Part shown: one piece after another, positions 24,995 to 40,464 of the stretch
Layout: each line of letters starts with the position of its first letter
Numbering within the stretch: position 1 is the first letter of the stretch
Source of the DNA: Octopus vulgaris
Lineage: Eukaryota
Assembly: GCA_951406725.2 (NCBI GenBank)
Contig: OX597843.1
Coordinates: 2,914,001 to 2,978,000 of the forward strand
Length of the DNA: 64,000 bases
Direction: 5' to 3'
Program-made: the position numbers and the translations under genes
Notes under the pieces: generated by a model
What the model saw: the letters and a program-made list of their open reading frames with translations, nothing else
Told to the model about the DNA's origin: nothing
Database searches by the model: none

Positions 24995-25209
24995 TTTACT
25001 CTTTTACTCTTTTACTTGTTTCAGTCATTTGACTGCGGCCATGCTGGAGCACCGCCTTTTAGTCGAGCAAATCGACCCCGGGACTTATTCTTTTGTAAGC
25101 CCAGTACTTATTCTATCGGTCTCTTTTGCCGAACCGCTAAGTGACGGGGACGTAAACACACCAGCATCGGTTGTCAAGCAATGCTAGGGGGACAAACACA
25201 GACACACAA

Positions 25210-25257
<48 letters not shown>

Positions 25258-25426
25258 TATATACGACGGGCTTCTTTCAGTTTCCGTCTACCAAATCCAC
25301 TCACAAGGCATTGGTCGGCCCGGGGCAATAGTAGAAGACACTTGCCCAAGGTGCCACGCAGTGGGACTGAACCCGGAACCATGTGGTTGGTTAGCAAGCT
25401 ACTTACCACACAGCCACTCCTGCGCC
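24995..25426 (-). mobile_element. SINE family A, full length
   Basis: Complete head-to-tail family match. Confidence 0.9.
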
Positions 25427-25816
25427 TACGATATCATTAGATTATATAGACCTAGATACACTATGCCAGAATTAAAACAAAATGGCTACTGCTGGAACGC
25501 GTCTGATACGGAATCTTCTAAGTGAGGATTTTAACGTATGCTAAAATAACTGTTACCTATTTCTTTATTACCCACAAGGGGCTAAACACAGAGGGGACAA
25601 ACAAGGACAGACAAACGGATTTGGTACCAATACCAAAGCCATTCCCTCACCATGGACAGGGAGCACAGTTATTGTTCTAAATGGTCAAAGAGAAATGAAA
25701 ATGGTTTCAGGGAACCACCTTGCCGTACTCTCATTATATAGTTCCAGATTTTCTCTTCATTTTATCCTATTTGTGTTGTTCTTGTTGATGTAGGTGTTGT
25801 TGAGCAATAACGCGGA

Positions 25817-26120
25817 CCTATTTCTTTGCTACCCACAAGGGGCTAAACACAGAGGGGACAAACAAGGACAAACAAAGAGGATTAAGTCGATTATATCGAT
25901 CCCAGTGCGTAACTGGTACTTAATTTATCGACCCCGAAAGGATGAAAGGCAAAGTCGACCTCGGCGGAATTTGAACTCAGAACGTAACGGCAGACGAAAT
26001 GCCTATTTCTTTACTACCCACAAGGGGCTAAACACAGAGGAGACAAACAAGGACAGACAAACGGATTAAGTCGATTACATCGACCCCAGTGCGTAACTGG
26101 TACTTAATTTATCGACCCCG
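25817..26120 (-). mobile_element. SINE family C dimer (5'-truncated); isolated tail at 25555-25622
   Basis: Same units and same junction (gacgaaatgc|ctatttc, ~26002) as the other family C arrays. Confidence 0.85.
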
Positions 26121-26650
26121 ATATATATAAATGTGTCTGTATGTATATTGTATTTTGGGACGGTCATTTTTTCCCCCAAATAAACACACGCTCTATATAT
26201 TCGTCCTTCACACATTTATTACTGTTCATATTTTCACTAACGTCCATTGTACAGAAATATTTCGGGACACATCTTCGACCTCTTCAGCGACAATTTTGGT
26301 CCACCTGTTTACTCCTCCTCCACTTAGTCCATTGTCCAAATTCTTCATTCTCCCCATTCTCTTTTTTTTTTTCAATATTGTACTTTACACTCTAAGTAAC
26401 CAGGAAATAAACTGGAACATCGGATGGGAGCTAAGGGAAGTTTATCAAAAAACGCACTATCGGAAGGAGCCAGCCTTGGCTTGGAGAAATTCCATGCGCT
26501 AAATTCTGCCAACTATACACCTCTCGAACCGGCGAACCAGGGTTTAAGCAGAAGTTCCAGGTGCATAAAATATCCAGAGGGTTTGGTTTGAAACCGGAAA
26601 CATGCGACAACCAGCAATTTTACAACCATTTTGTTTTCTCGCATATGTGC

Positions 26651-26681
<31 letters not shown>

Positions 26682-26838
26682 CCGGAGTAAACACATAAAT
26701 GTGAAACAAGGTGGAAAAAAGAGTACTCAAATACCAGAGGTAGAGTAATATGCTTTATTTAAACAAAACTGTCCGACGAACGGGAACGTGAAACCCCGAG
26801 TAACAGTTTTTGTTAAATTTCTGCTGCTTTTAAATAAA

Positions 26839-26893
<55 letters not shown>

Positions 26894-27178
26894 AGTATAT
26901 ATGTTAATTTATATTCTTATAGTTCAAACACGAGCACGCGCACATATGTACTGACGCTTGTACACACACACACACACATATGTATACAATTTAATACTTT
27001 TCGACTAATAAACGTAATTAAGACATTGTGTATCGAGATTAATTTATGCATACACCTAGACACATATACACCCATATATGCAATACAAAAAGAAATGCGC
27101 GCACGCGCACACGTACACACATACATGTGTGTGTGTGATTATATTAAGTGAATATACGTTCAACATTACATATACACA

Positions 27179-27253
<75 letters not shown>

Positions 27254-27449
27254 CACACTTACACACGCACTCACACATACATACACGTACACCTACACGC
27301 ATATTTATACACACATTTACGTCTGTATATATGCATATATATATGCATATATAAGCGCATATGTATACATATATATGTATATATATATATGTATATATAT
27401 ATATACATATATATTATATACACACACATATAAGCATATATATATACAC

Positions 27450-27480
<31 letters not shown>

Positions 27481-27529
27481 CATACATACATACATACATA
27501 CATATATTAATATATTTATGCATAAGGTT

Positions 27530-27570
<41 letters not shown>

Positions 27571-28070
27571 GTATATATATATAAGCATATATATATATAT
27601 GTATATACACACATATACACACATATATATATATACATATATATACATACACGTATACATACATACACCGTCAGACGCACGTACATATACACCTATATAC
27701 ACGCGTCAAATTCCTATTGTTAGCATTATAGAAGTGTAGAAAATAAATGCTTGCCTTCGTTTTGTTTCGCCAGTCAACAATGGCGTATGTGTCTTTAATA
27801 GTTCACGCGGCGGCCTTACGTCCTCAGATCATGTGACCTCGGGGATCACACAAGCTGGTACAACCGGAAATTAGTGTACCACACCGACAATGACAAACTC
27901 GTATATATCACTGCTTTGTTTTGTGCGGTGGCGGCGGTGGTTGGTGGTGGTGGTGGTGGTGGTGGTGGTGGTGGTGGTGGTGGTGGTGGTGGTGGTGGTA
28001 TGTGGTGGTGGTGGTGGTGGTTGTGAAGCGGGTGGGGGGGCGATGGTGGAGGTGCGGTTATGAGCGACGA

Positions 28071-28115
<45 letters not shown>

Positions 28116-28170
28116 ACATTCCTGTGTGTGTCTGAGCATGTGTGCTACTGTATGCCGACTGCTTACTATA

Positions 28171-28281
<111 letters not shown>

Positions 28282-28461
28282 CACACATATATGTATATAT
28301 ATATATACAAATTTAAATATGAATAATCATATACATACATGAAATATCGATACCTTTATAAGTATGTGTGTGTGTATATACGTGAGTATATAATTATAAA
28401 TGAGTATTGTACATACATATATGTCTGTGTATCTATATATATGTACATATACATATATATA

Positions 28462-28584
<123 letters not shown>

Positions 28585-28761
28585 GGTTGTATATATATAT
28601 CTATGTATAATTATAACTAATTAAAACATAATTATATGTATAAATATAAATAAAGATATTTTCTTATTCTTTTATAATTATGCATAGAAATACATTAATT
28701 TATATATATATAACATAATATAATAAATATGCGTACACATATATTCATGTGTATATATATG

Positions 28762-28840
<79 letters not shown>

Positions 28841-29255
28841 ATGTATGTATATATACAAATATGTGTGTGGGGTGATGTATATCTTTATGTGTGCTGTGTG
28901 TGTGTGTTTCTATGTTTGTTTGTATATGTGTATGAAGAGGGTGTAATAGACGGGGATGAGGGTATGAGAGGATGGAGTCGGGAGGCTGAGATAATTCGCT
29001 GAATATGAGTTTGTGTCAAAAATACGGCGGTTGTTGTATCGGAATATTATATTAACGATCCGATAATGATGACGACGATGATGATGATGATGATGATGTT
29101 GATCATCATCATCATCATCATCATCATGATTGTGGAGGTGGTGGTGGTGGTGGTGGTGGTGGTGGTGACGAAGGCGACACTGGTAGTGGAGTCAGAGGTA
29201 GTTGTGTGTGTGGTGGTGGCAATGAAATTGAAGATGATGAAGATGATGGTTCGAG

Positions 29256-29298
<43 letters not shown>

Positions 29299-29299
29299 G

Positions 29300-29347
<48 letters not shown>

Positions 29348-29571
29348 TGTAGTAGTAGTGGTGGTGGTGGTGGTACTGGTGGTGGCAGTAGTCTTACGGT
29401 GATTTATGGCGATGGTGGTGGGGAGTGATGTTAATAATGATGATGATGATGATGAGGAGGAGGAGGAGGGGGAAGTTAACAATAGTGATCACGGTGGTGA
29501 AGGTGTCGATGACGACATTCATGACGCGAGTTGTGGGTGAGACTGAATATAAGAAACGATGATTACTGTAG

Positions 29572-29612
<41 letters not shown>

Positions 29613-29939
29613 GTGATGATGATGGTGATGATGGTGATGATGATGGCGGTAATGATGAAAAAGTTTTTTTAGCCATTTCTACTACTTTAAGAAAAGTCTC
29701 CCAGATAGTGTTTACTCAAAAATAATTCACGTAGATATGGAGGGAAAACAGCAAAATATCACATGTACAAAGATTATTTGAGAACGCTCACGTTTCTAGA
29801 TTAGTCGAATTAAAACTCGACATTTCTTTCGTCAGCTCAACATTTCTTAATTTGGATTTGAAAGCACTAAAAAATCGAACATACCCGTCTGACATGAATC
29901 ACCTCAGACAAACATCTCTAATCTGTTTATAATCTGTTT

Positions 29940-30013
<74 letters not shown>

Positions 30014-30200
30014 GCATACACACATACATATATATATATATATATATTTAAAGTGCTAAAAACCACTATGTGGTTAGCCCTTTAAATATACACATGTATT
30101 AGAATTTTCTCTGATTCTTCAGATTTTTGTATGCTAGGCTACTGGATTTAAATTGATGTTAATTAAATTAATATTCATTTTATCTCCCTCATTATTTAAA

Positions 30201-30275
<75 letters not shown>

Positions 30276-30542
30276 GTATGTATGTATATGCATATGCACA
30301 TATGCACATATAGATATATACACACGCACACGCATACATACACACATACATACCTGCACACACATACATATACGCACACATACATAGACACACATACGTA
30401 CATAGATACAAACATACATACATAAACACATGCACATTTATACATACTTACATACACACATACATACACGTATACCCATACACATCCATACACATACATA
30501 CGAACGTACATACATACATACATACATACATACATACATACA

Positions 30543-30576
<34 letters not shown>

Positions 30577-30613
30577 CATACATACACACACATAATAACT
30601 TACAAAACATACA

Positions 30614-30775
30614 CTGTGTGGTAAGTAGCTTGCTAACCAACCACATGGTTCCGGGTTCAGTCCCACTGCGTGGCATCTTGGGCAAGTGTCTTCTGCTATA
30701 GCCCCGGGCCAAACAATGCCTTGTGAGTGGATTTGGTAGACGGAAACTGAAAGATGCCTGTCGTATATATGTATT

Positions 30776-30857
<82 letters not shown>

Positions 30858-31083
30858 GTATGTATGTATTTGTGTGTCTATGTTTGTCACCCTAGCATTG
30901 CTTGACAACCGATGCAGGTGTGCTGACGTCCCCATCACTTAGCGGTTCGGCAAAAAGAGACCGATAGAATAAGTACTGGGCTTACAAAAAGAATAAGTCC
31001 CCGGAGTCGATTTGCTCGACTAAAAGGCGGTGCTCCATCATGGCCGCAGTCAAATGACTGAAACAAGTAAAAGAGTAAAAGAG
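30614..31083 (+). mobile_element. SINE family A
   Basis: Family match with expanded internal (TA)n. Confidence 0.88.
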
Positions 31084-31350
31084 TATATATGCAGCAGGAC
31101 AAAGAAACGGATAAACAAACACACTAACATACAAACACACACACACAGTCACACACACACAGAAGAAGACACACAGACAAACAGGCAGCCAGACAGACAA
31201 AGAGGTGGTGCAGATATTAAGCCAAGACGTATCGTCTGACGTCTTTCCATTGTATATGCCAAGATGGCAGGTTTTAAAGGATCAACTTTCATCTCAACTT
31301 ACCCAATAACAGGCAACAAATACTCTATCCAGAAAACACTCTGAGTATAT

Positions 31351-31403
<53 letters not shown>

Positions 31404-31503
31404 CACTCAGAGTGTGTGTGAGTACATATGGCAAAGTACATATGTCTCTTGTTTCATATCTCTGAGATTCCATTATGCTTACTTACATGCGTGTTTATAT
31501 ATG

Positions 31504-31666
<163 letters not shown>

Positions 31667-31819
31667 GTACACGCACTTTTACGTACAATTATGTATATAT
31701 ATGTGTATATATATATTTATATATACATATAGGTCCACCTGTTTGTATCTAGTGTTCTCTGCCTTTGTTCTCAGTTTCCATATTCAAGCCCATAAGTCTT
31801 GGAGTGTCTGAGTGTAGAA

Positions 31820-31876
<57 letters not shown>

Positions 31877-32019
31877 CTCTCACATACATCAACATACGCG
31901 TATATGAGTAGAACCTGTCAATCTTTGAGCAGAGTTTGGTAGTGCCTGTATTGGCATTTTTGTTTTTGGAACTTGAGGAAGTCTGCACTTCGCATCAATA
32001 ATGGATATGCCATATCGAT

Positions 32020-32032
32020 CCCTCTATATCTG

Positions 32033-32082
<50 letters not shown>

Positions 32083-32415
32083 ATACATACATATACACAT
32101 ACATACATACAAACATAAATATATATACATACGTACATACATACATACATATATACGTTCATACATACATACATACATACATACATACATACATACATAC
32201 GTACATACATACACATACAAACATACATACATGCATACATACATACATACATACATATACATACATACATACATACAAACATAAATACATATATACATAC
32301 ATACATACATACATACATAGAAACATACATACATACATACATACATACATACATACATACATACATACATACATACAACACATACATACATACATACATA
32401 CATACATACATACAC

Positions 32416-32448
<33 letters not shown>

Positions 32449-32740
32449 CATACATACAAACATACATACATACATACATACATACATACATACATACATA
32501 CATACATACATAGATACACACATACATGCATACACACATACATACACTTACATACAGACATACATACATGCATACACACACATACATACACACATACAAA
32601 CATACAAACATACATACATACATACATAGAAACATACATACATACATACATACATACATAGATACACACATACATGCATACACACATACATACACTTACA
32701 TACAGACATACATACATACATACACACATACATACATAGG
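32020..32740. repeat. (TG)n followed by a long (CATA)n tetranucleotide tract
   Basis: Directly visible. Confidence 0.9.
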
Positions 32741-32838
32741 TGTACGTATGTCGCTACGTGTGCGTGCGCGTTTGTGTACGTATATATGTATGTATGTATC
32801 CATCTTTCTATTTATCTGTCTATCTATCTATTTGTACA

Positions 32839-32897
<59 letters not shown>

Positions 32898-32914
32898 GTA
32901 TGTATGTGTATATA

Positions 32915-32957
<43 letters not shown>

Positions 32958-32959
32958 TA

Positions 32960-33330
32960 GGCGCAGGAGTGGCTGTGTGGTAAGTAGGTTGCTAACCAAC
33001 CACATGGTTCCGGGTTCAGTCCCACTGCGTGGCATCTTAGGCAAGTGTCTTCTGCTATAGCCCCGGGCCGACCAATGCCTTGTGAGTGGATTTGGTAGAC
33101 GGAAACTGAAAGAAGCCTGCCGTATATATGTATATATGTATGTGTTTGTGTGTCTGTGTTTGTCCCCCTGCTGTGTTTACGTCCCCGACACTTAGCGGCT
33201 CGGCAAAAGAGACCGATAGAATAAGTACTGGGCTTACAAAGAATAAGTCGCGGCGTCGATTTGCTCGACTAAAAGGCGGTGCTCCAGCATGGCCGGCCGC
33301 AGTCAAATGACTGAAACAAGTAAAAGAGAG
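32960..33330 (+). mobile_element. SINE family A, small internal deletion
   Basis: Family match. Confidence 0.88.
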
Positions 33331-33432
33331 TATATATATATCTGCCTGTCCATTTATCTATCTATTCATCTCTCTGCATATCTATCTGTCTGTCTATCTG
33401 TCTATCTTTCTATCTAGTTATAAATTTATATT

Positions 33433-33511
<79 letters not shown>

Positions 33512-33734
33512 GTCTGTCTAATTATCTATCTATTCATCAATCTATCTGTCTGTCTAACGGTCTCTCTTCAAACGTAGTTTTCTGTCTCTCTCTTCTTCTC
33601 TCTCCCCCTTTCTCTTTCTCTCTTTCTCTCTCTCTTTCTCTTTTACTCTTTATTCTTTTGTTTTAATCCTTATAAGTAGTATATATTATTCTTTGTAAAC
33701 TATGAATCTACCCCGTCTAAAATATTTATACCTT

Positions 33735-33810
33735 GCCTCTGATGACTGAATATCCAGTGCACAGATATGCTAACCAACCACTCGGACTATCCCAGAAACG
33801 GCTGTAAGGC
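33735..33810 (+). ncRNA. Type I hammerhead-ribozyme-like motif
   Basis: gcct CTGATGA c [long imperfect stem II] GAAA c-ggct-GTA aggc. The core is canonical, stem I is gcct/aggc, stem III is 2 bp and the cleavage triplet is GUA. Confidence 0.55.
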
Positions 33811-34142
33811 TTCAAATTCTCCTTACTCTAATTATTCTAAATGACTTGAGATATTCGTTCGGCCTTGGTTTTGATTTTTCCTCTACTATAGAGATATATA
33901 TGGTGCTCCAGCATGGCCGCAGTCAAATGACTGTAACAAGTGACAAAAAAAATTGAGACTAGTAAGAAACAATTATGAACTTTTTTATTATACTTAACTT
34001 CTAAAAATATTTTTGATAAGGTTCGTTTTTTCAAGAACCGAAACATGTAAAATCTCTAAGAAAATTAAAATTTATCTTATATAGTGGCGTTTTCAAACTT
34101 CTTTTTAATAAATATATACACACTCGTATGCTACCTACACTT

Positions 34143-34204
<62 letters not shown>

Positions 34205-34247
34205 CATGCGTGTATATATGTATGTATATGTAAATGTTTATATATAA

Positions 34248-34280
<33 letters not shown>

Positions 34281-34328
34281 TCGTTAGCCACTACACACAT
34301 TTTTTCTCTCTTTGTTTTTTCTCTGTCC

Positions 34329-34364
34329 CTTTCTGTAGAAGAGCGTAGGCTCGAAATGTAAAAG
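34329..34364 (+). ncRNA. Degenerate minimal hammerhead-like motif in a short repeat inserted in (TA)n (element ~34278-34462)
   Basis: cttt CTGTAGA a gagc-gtag-gctc GAAA t GTA aaag. Stems I and II are perfect and one core base deviates. It shares downstream ttcctgagcg with the 14.2-kb copy, and the 3' part recurs at 60460-60512. Confidence 0.45.
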
Positions 34365-34549
34365 ACTTTTTTCTATTCCTGAGCGTTATACTAATACATC
34401 TGTTTTTTTCTTTTGTACACCACCTGTCTTCGTCTGTTGTTTTTTTCGTAAACTCTCCCTACATATATATATATGTAGGTCCCGGGTTGAGTCGGGGTTA
34501 ACCACAGTAAATAAGGTACTCAATACATAGCAGAGTAAAATAATATATA

Positions 34550-34600
<51 letters not shown>

Positions 34601-34735
34601 TATAGAAGGATTTAAGACTAGTTTCATCAAGAGAAATCTTCAGGAAGCTGAAGATTTCGAATGACGTTCTATCCTGTAGAACTCCTTCTATATAATAAAT
34701 TAATTTTATCGCTATATTGATATTATTTACTGTGG

Positions 34736-34802
<67 letters not shown>

Positions 34803-34812
34803 ATATATATAT

Positions 34813-35026
34813 TCTCTCTTTTACTCTCTTTTACTTGTTTCAGTCATTTGACTGCGGCCATGCTGGAGCACCGCCTTTAGTCGAGCAAATCGACCCCAGA
34901 ACTTATTCTTTGTAAGCCCAGTACTTATTCTATCGGTCTCTTTTGCCGAACCGCTAAGAGACGGGGACGTAAACACACCAGCATCGGTTGTCAGGCAATG
35001 CTAGGGGGACAAACACAGACACACAA

Positions 35027-35057
<31 letters not shown>

Positions 35058-35228
35058 CATATATACGACAGGCTTCTTTCAGTTTCCGTCTACTAAATCC
35101 ACTCACAAGGCATTGGTCGGCCCGGGGCTATAGCAGAAGACACTTGCCCAAGATGCCACGCAGTGGGACTGAACCTGGAACTATGTGGTTGGTTAGCAAG
35201 CTACTTACCACACAGCCACTCCTGCGCC
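34813..35228 (-). mobile_element. SINE family A, full length
   Basis: Complete family match. Confidence 0.9.
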
Positions 35229-35567
35229 TATGTACTTATGTATAATTTTTATAACAGCCGAGCTAACAGAGTGACTCAGGTCCTGGGAGTTTCAGGATTA
35301 GCTTCTACAAAACTTAGATAATGAAACTCTCTGGCCCTGAGCAACTTCTTAAATTCTATCTATTAAAAATAATGTATTTGTGTATACATGATTGAGTGAG
35401 TGTGGATGGGTGGGTATATGGATGTGTGTGTGAGTGTGTGTGAGTGTATGTGTATAAAGAGGGAGAAAGAGAGTAGGAAAGTGAGAGAGTGTACATTGTA
35501 GAAACCCGTGAATTTATATAAAGCTCAGTATACACAGAATATCGATATGAACATAAATATAGCACAG

Positions 35568-35606
<39 letters not shown>

Positions 35607-35749
35607 GCACACACACACACACACACACACACAGAGGCAAAGACAGGCACACAGATTTATATGTGCGAACAATTATTAAAGCATGCTTTTGTTTAAGAAA
35701 CTTTGTTTGAAATTTCCACCCACACCCCACACACTCATACATACATGTA

Positions 35750-35807
<58 letters not shown>

Positions 35808-35859
35808 GTATATATATATTATGTATATATTAATATATATATATATATATATATACATA

Positions 35860-35938
<79 letters not shown>

Positions 35939-36084
35939 ATATTAATATATACGCGCGTATTTCAAACAATATTTTACACATATTTAAGCGATTTCAGACA
36001 TAAAGCATCCTGAAACAACAAAGGATTAGACTCACCATTGTATATATGTGTATATATATTTATATATATACATATATATACATA

Positions 36085-36170
<86 letters not shown>

Positions 36171-36384
36171 GGATGTATGTATAAGTAAGCATGTATATGA
36201 GCGAATAGGTATGTATATATATGTTCCTCAACACTTATAGATATATATATATATACACGCCATTACGCTTCGCTGGTCACACGCCTAGAGAGGATACAAT
36301 ATTAAAATTTAATACCTGTACTCTCGCCTGTATGCATAATGCCTGGTATTGTACACATGCGCATGCATATATAGATGTGTGCGG

Positions 36385-36433
<49 letters not shown>

Positions 36434-36607
36434 ATATATAATATGTATGTATAAGTATATATATATATATATATATTTATATCTATATAAACAGATACAT
36501 AGATCGCTAGATAGATATAGATATAGATAATTGTGTTTGTGAATGTGTATACACTCATTATTGTACATGCCTATACATGTATACTTCAAACATAGGAATT
36601 AAGGCAC

Positions 36608-36661
<54 letters not shown>

Positions 36662-36760
36662 TCTCACAGGTAATGTGCGGGTGGAAGCGGCAACGAGAGT
36701 ATATTGCGAAAAAAATCTGTAACTTCAAAAATTTTACATAACTTACGACTAAGTTTGCTG

Positions 36761-36856
<96 letters not shown>

Positions 36857-36857
36857 G

Positions 36858-36893
<36 letters not shown>

Positions 36894-37117
36894 TGTATGT
36901 ATGTATGTATGTATGTGTGTTTGTGTGTATGTATAATTATTCATTCACACGTATACATTTGTATATATATATTTTGCTGAAACATATTGCGTGTAATATA
37001 TTTATCTATTTATGTATATATGTGTGTTTGTGTGTGTGTATGGATGTATATACACAAAGATATGTATGTGTGCATGCATATATATATATATATGTGTGTT
37101 TGTGTGTGTGTGTATGC

Positions 37118-37149
<32 letters not shown>

Positions 37150-37229
37150 ATACGTACATCTGTTTATATATGTATGGAAAATGGAAACGACACCCCTCCC
37201 CCACTATGCACACAAACACAGAAGGAGAC

Positions 37230-37267
<38 letters not shown>

Positions 37268-37472
37268 GAGGAATGACCAAGGCAGAAAGAACAATAGACA
37301 GAGCGAAAGTGAAAGTGAAAATGGAAGTGGGGAGGCGCCATGTTTGAAAAGTGAAACAGCGATTTGTTTGAAAAATTTTCCTCTTTGAAATGAAACACGG
37401 AACAATATGGAGAAAAAATGGACAATATATAGAAAAGTACGTAAACAAAATAGATACAAAAAGTTTCTTTAC

Positions 37473-37578
<106 letters not shown>

Positions 37579-37654
37579 CATATGACTGTAGAATAATAAA
37601 TATAAGCGAAAAAACAGCAAATTTTTAAAAAAAAGATATTATTCCGGGAATGTA

Positions 37655-37703
<49 letters not shown>

Positions 37704-37845
37704 TTTATTTTGTTTTAAAAATACCGGAAGTATACGAAGGTATAAATACAACATGAACGACGTTAACAATAACGGCAACAACAACAATAACAACGACAAC
37801 AACAACAACGACGACAACGACGACGATAATAATAATAATAATATA

Positions 37846-37914
<69 letters not shown>

Positions 37915-38173
37915 CGATGATGATGATGATGATGATGATTATTATATTATAATACATTATATGTAGTGCCGCAGTAGCCTGCGCAATAGCATCAACAATA
38001 CTTTTTTTCTTTTATCAGCACAAGGCCTGGAATTTTGGTGTGGGGTGGGGCTAGTCGATTACATCGATCCCCAGGGATCAACTGGTGGTCATTGTATCAA
38101 CCGCGAAGTGACGAAAGTCAAAATTGACCACGGCGAAATTTGAACTCAGAACGCGTAGACGGACGACATGCCA

Positions 38174-38470
38174 CTATTTAAGGGCTTAGGAAGTAATACA
38201 GATGATAATGCACCTCCTAAAGCGGAAGAAACGCGTCGATTTTGGAATGAGATCTGGGGGCCAACAAGTTTCCCACCACCACGGTACTGAGTGGATTCAT
38301 TCAGTGATCTCCGAATTCCATAACCAGGAGTCTCCACGATAGGACCATGTCCTCATAACAACGGAAGACGTCATTGCACAGGTATCAAAACTGCCAAAAC
38401 AGGAAGGCGGAAGGACCCGACAATCTAGGTGTATTGCAAAAATACATTACTTGGAATCAACAACCTCACG
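38174..38470 (+). mobile_element. R4/Dong-clade non-LTR retrotransposon ORF fragment (decayed)
   Basis: Manual translation across frameshifts: LFKGLGS..PPKAEETRRFWNEIWG...HHGTEWIHSV...ITTEDVIAQVSKLP..KAEGPDNL. This resembles the FW..IW / H...WI / IT.E.V...N(W)KAPGPD region before the RT domain of R4/Dong elements. A long (AAT)n follows. Confidence 0.7.
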
Positions 38471-38499
38471 ATATTGTACACTATGCGACGCCAACTATA

Positions 38500-39091
<592 letters not shown>

Positions 39092-39191
39092 TCTATCTAT
39101 CTATCTATCTGTTTGTCTGTCTGTCTGTCTATTTATCTATCTGTCTGTCTGTCTGTCTGTCTATCTATCCATCTATCCATCTATCTATCTA

Positions 39192-39236
<45 letters not shown>

Positions 39237-39352
39237 TGTCTTTCGGGGCTGATAAAAATCGAAATCAATAAAGACCTGGATGTTAAAAAAACTCGCTTCT
39301 CAACCCGTTAAACTGTGTGGCATCATTAACAAGTATCCTCTACTAAAACTCT

Positions 39353-40464
39353 GGATATTTGTTGTTTTTTTTCTTCAATTTCTGCAATTTCAACCAATCA
39401 ATGACGTCTATTGTGCAACAACTAATAAATACATTCGGTTGTGCAAATTCTTTGCACGGGAAACCTGCGTGTGTAGCGCTGTGTAAACGTGTGTAGATGT
39501 GTATGTATGTATTGTGTATGCTTATAGTTGCATTTGCATCGTTGTATGTTTATATGCATGTATGTCTATATGTGACATGCATCTATATATGTGTGTGAGT
39601 GTATGTACATGTGTGTATTGTACATATGTGTGTATGTTTGTATGTGGAATTTATCTGCGTACATACATGGATATGTGTCAGTGTGTGGCGTGTTTCCCCA
39701 TTTTGTAAATTCGTCTTCGGCTTTTCTAGCCATTTTCTTCTTTGAGCATGGCGACTTCAAAGCCATGAAGTCGTCGTCGAGAAGAACGGTGGTCTCCTTG
39801 ACAACGCTTACGACGTTGATTTCCTTACCCTCCTCTTCCCCACAGCTTCACGAGGGAGGGAAAGAAGGGGAGGAGAAGCACAGGTGCAGGTGCGAGCATG
39901 GACGCCGACGACACACGGAAAAATTTGGAAGGAACCAGACGACAGCTTCACAGTCAACGACTTCTACGGACAACTCTGCCACGACCACCACCACCAACTC
40001 CACCATCACCTCCAACAACAACATCGATATCGTCGTTTTGCCGTCTACCATAACAGCTACTACAACCTCAACTTAACATAATTTCCACGTAACTAAACAC
40101 TTTTAAACTTCGTATTTTGGTAGAAAGTGTCAAAATAAAACATCTTTTTCTCTTGGCTTTTTTGAGAAAATTCTATAGTTTGTAAGATATTTGTTGTTTT
40201 TTCTTCAATTTCTGCAATTTCAACCAATCAATGACTGACGTCTATTGATTTAAAGAGCATTATGTGCCGTATGTATATGTCCCTCGTTTAAGAAACAGAT
40301 TGGGTTTATTTAGATTTGTGAAGAAAAAAAATACCCTTCCCCTAACTCTAACCCTAACCCTAAAACAGATTGCAATGCAATAGATCGATACTAGGGTCAT
40401 AATTATGGGTGACAATTTCATATGACACCGCTATAAAAAACTGCCGTTCAAACCGAAACGATCC
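39353..40464 (+). mobile_element. Composite: MITE segment + module copy 4 + MITE (40078-40464) retaining one TIR
   Basis: 39353-39410 and 40078-40464 match the 136-547 MITE in reverse, ending in aaaaaactgccgttcaaaccgaaacgatcc. The module lies between them. Confidence 0.8.

Noticed and set aside
25137-25525. Recurrent ORFs such as RHLPKMPRSGTEPGTMWLVSKLLTTQP
   Set aside because: Chance translations of SINE family A, repeated wherever the SINE occurs.
37320-37350. YY1/ETS-like motifs (also ~848-865, ~27775-27870, ~46445)
   Set aside because: Short motifs without a supporting exon or donor. They cannot be distinguished from chance.
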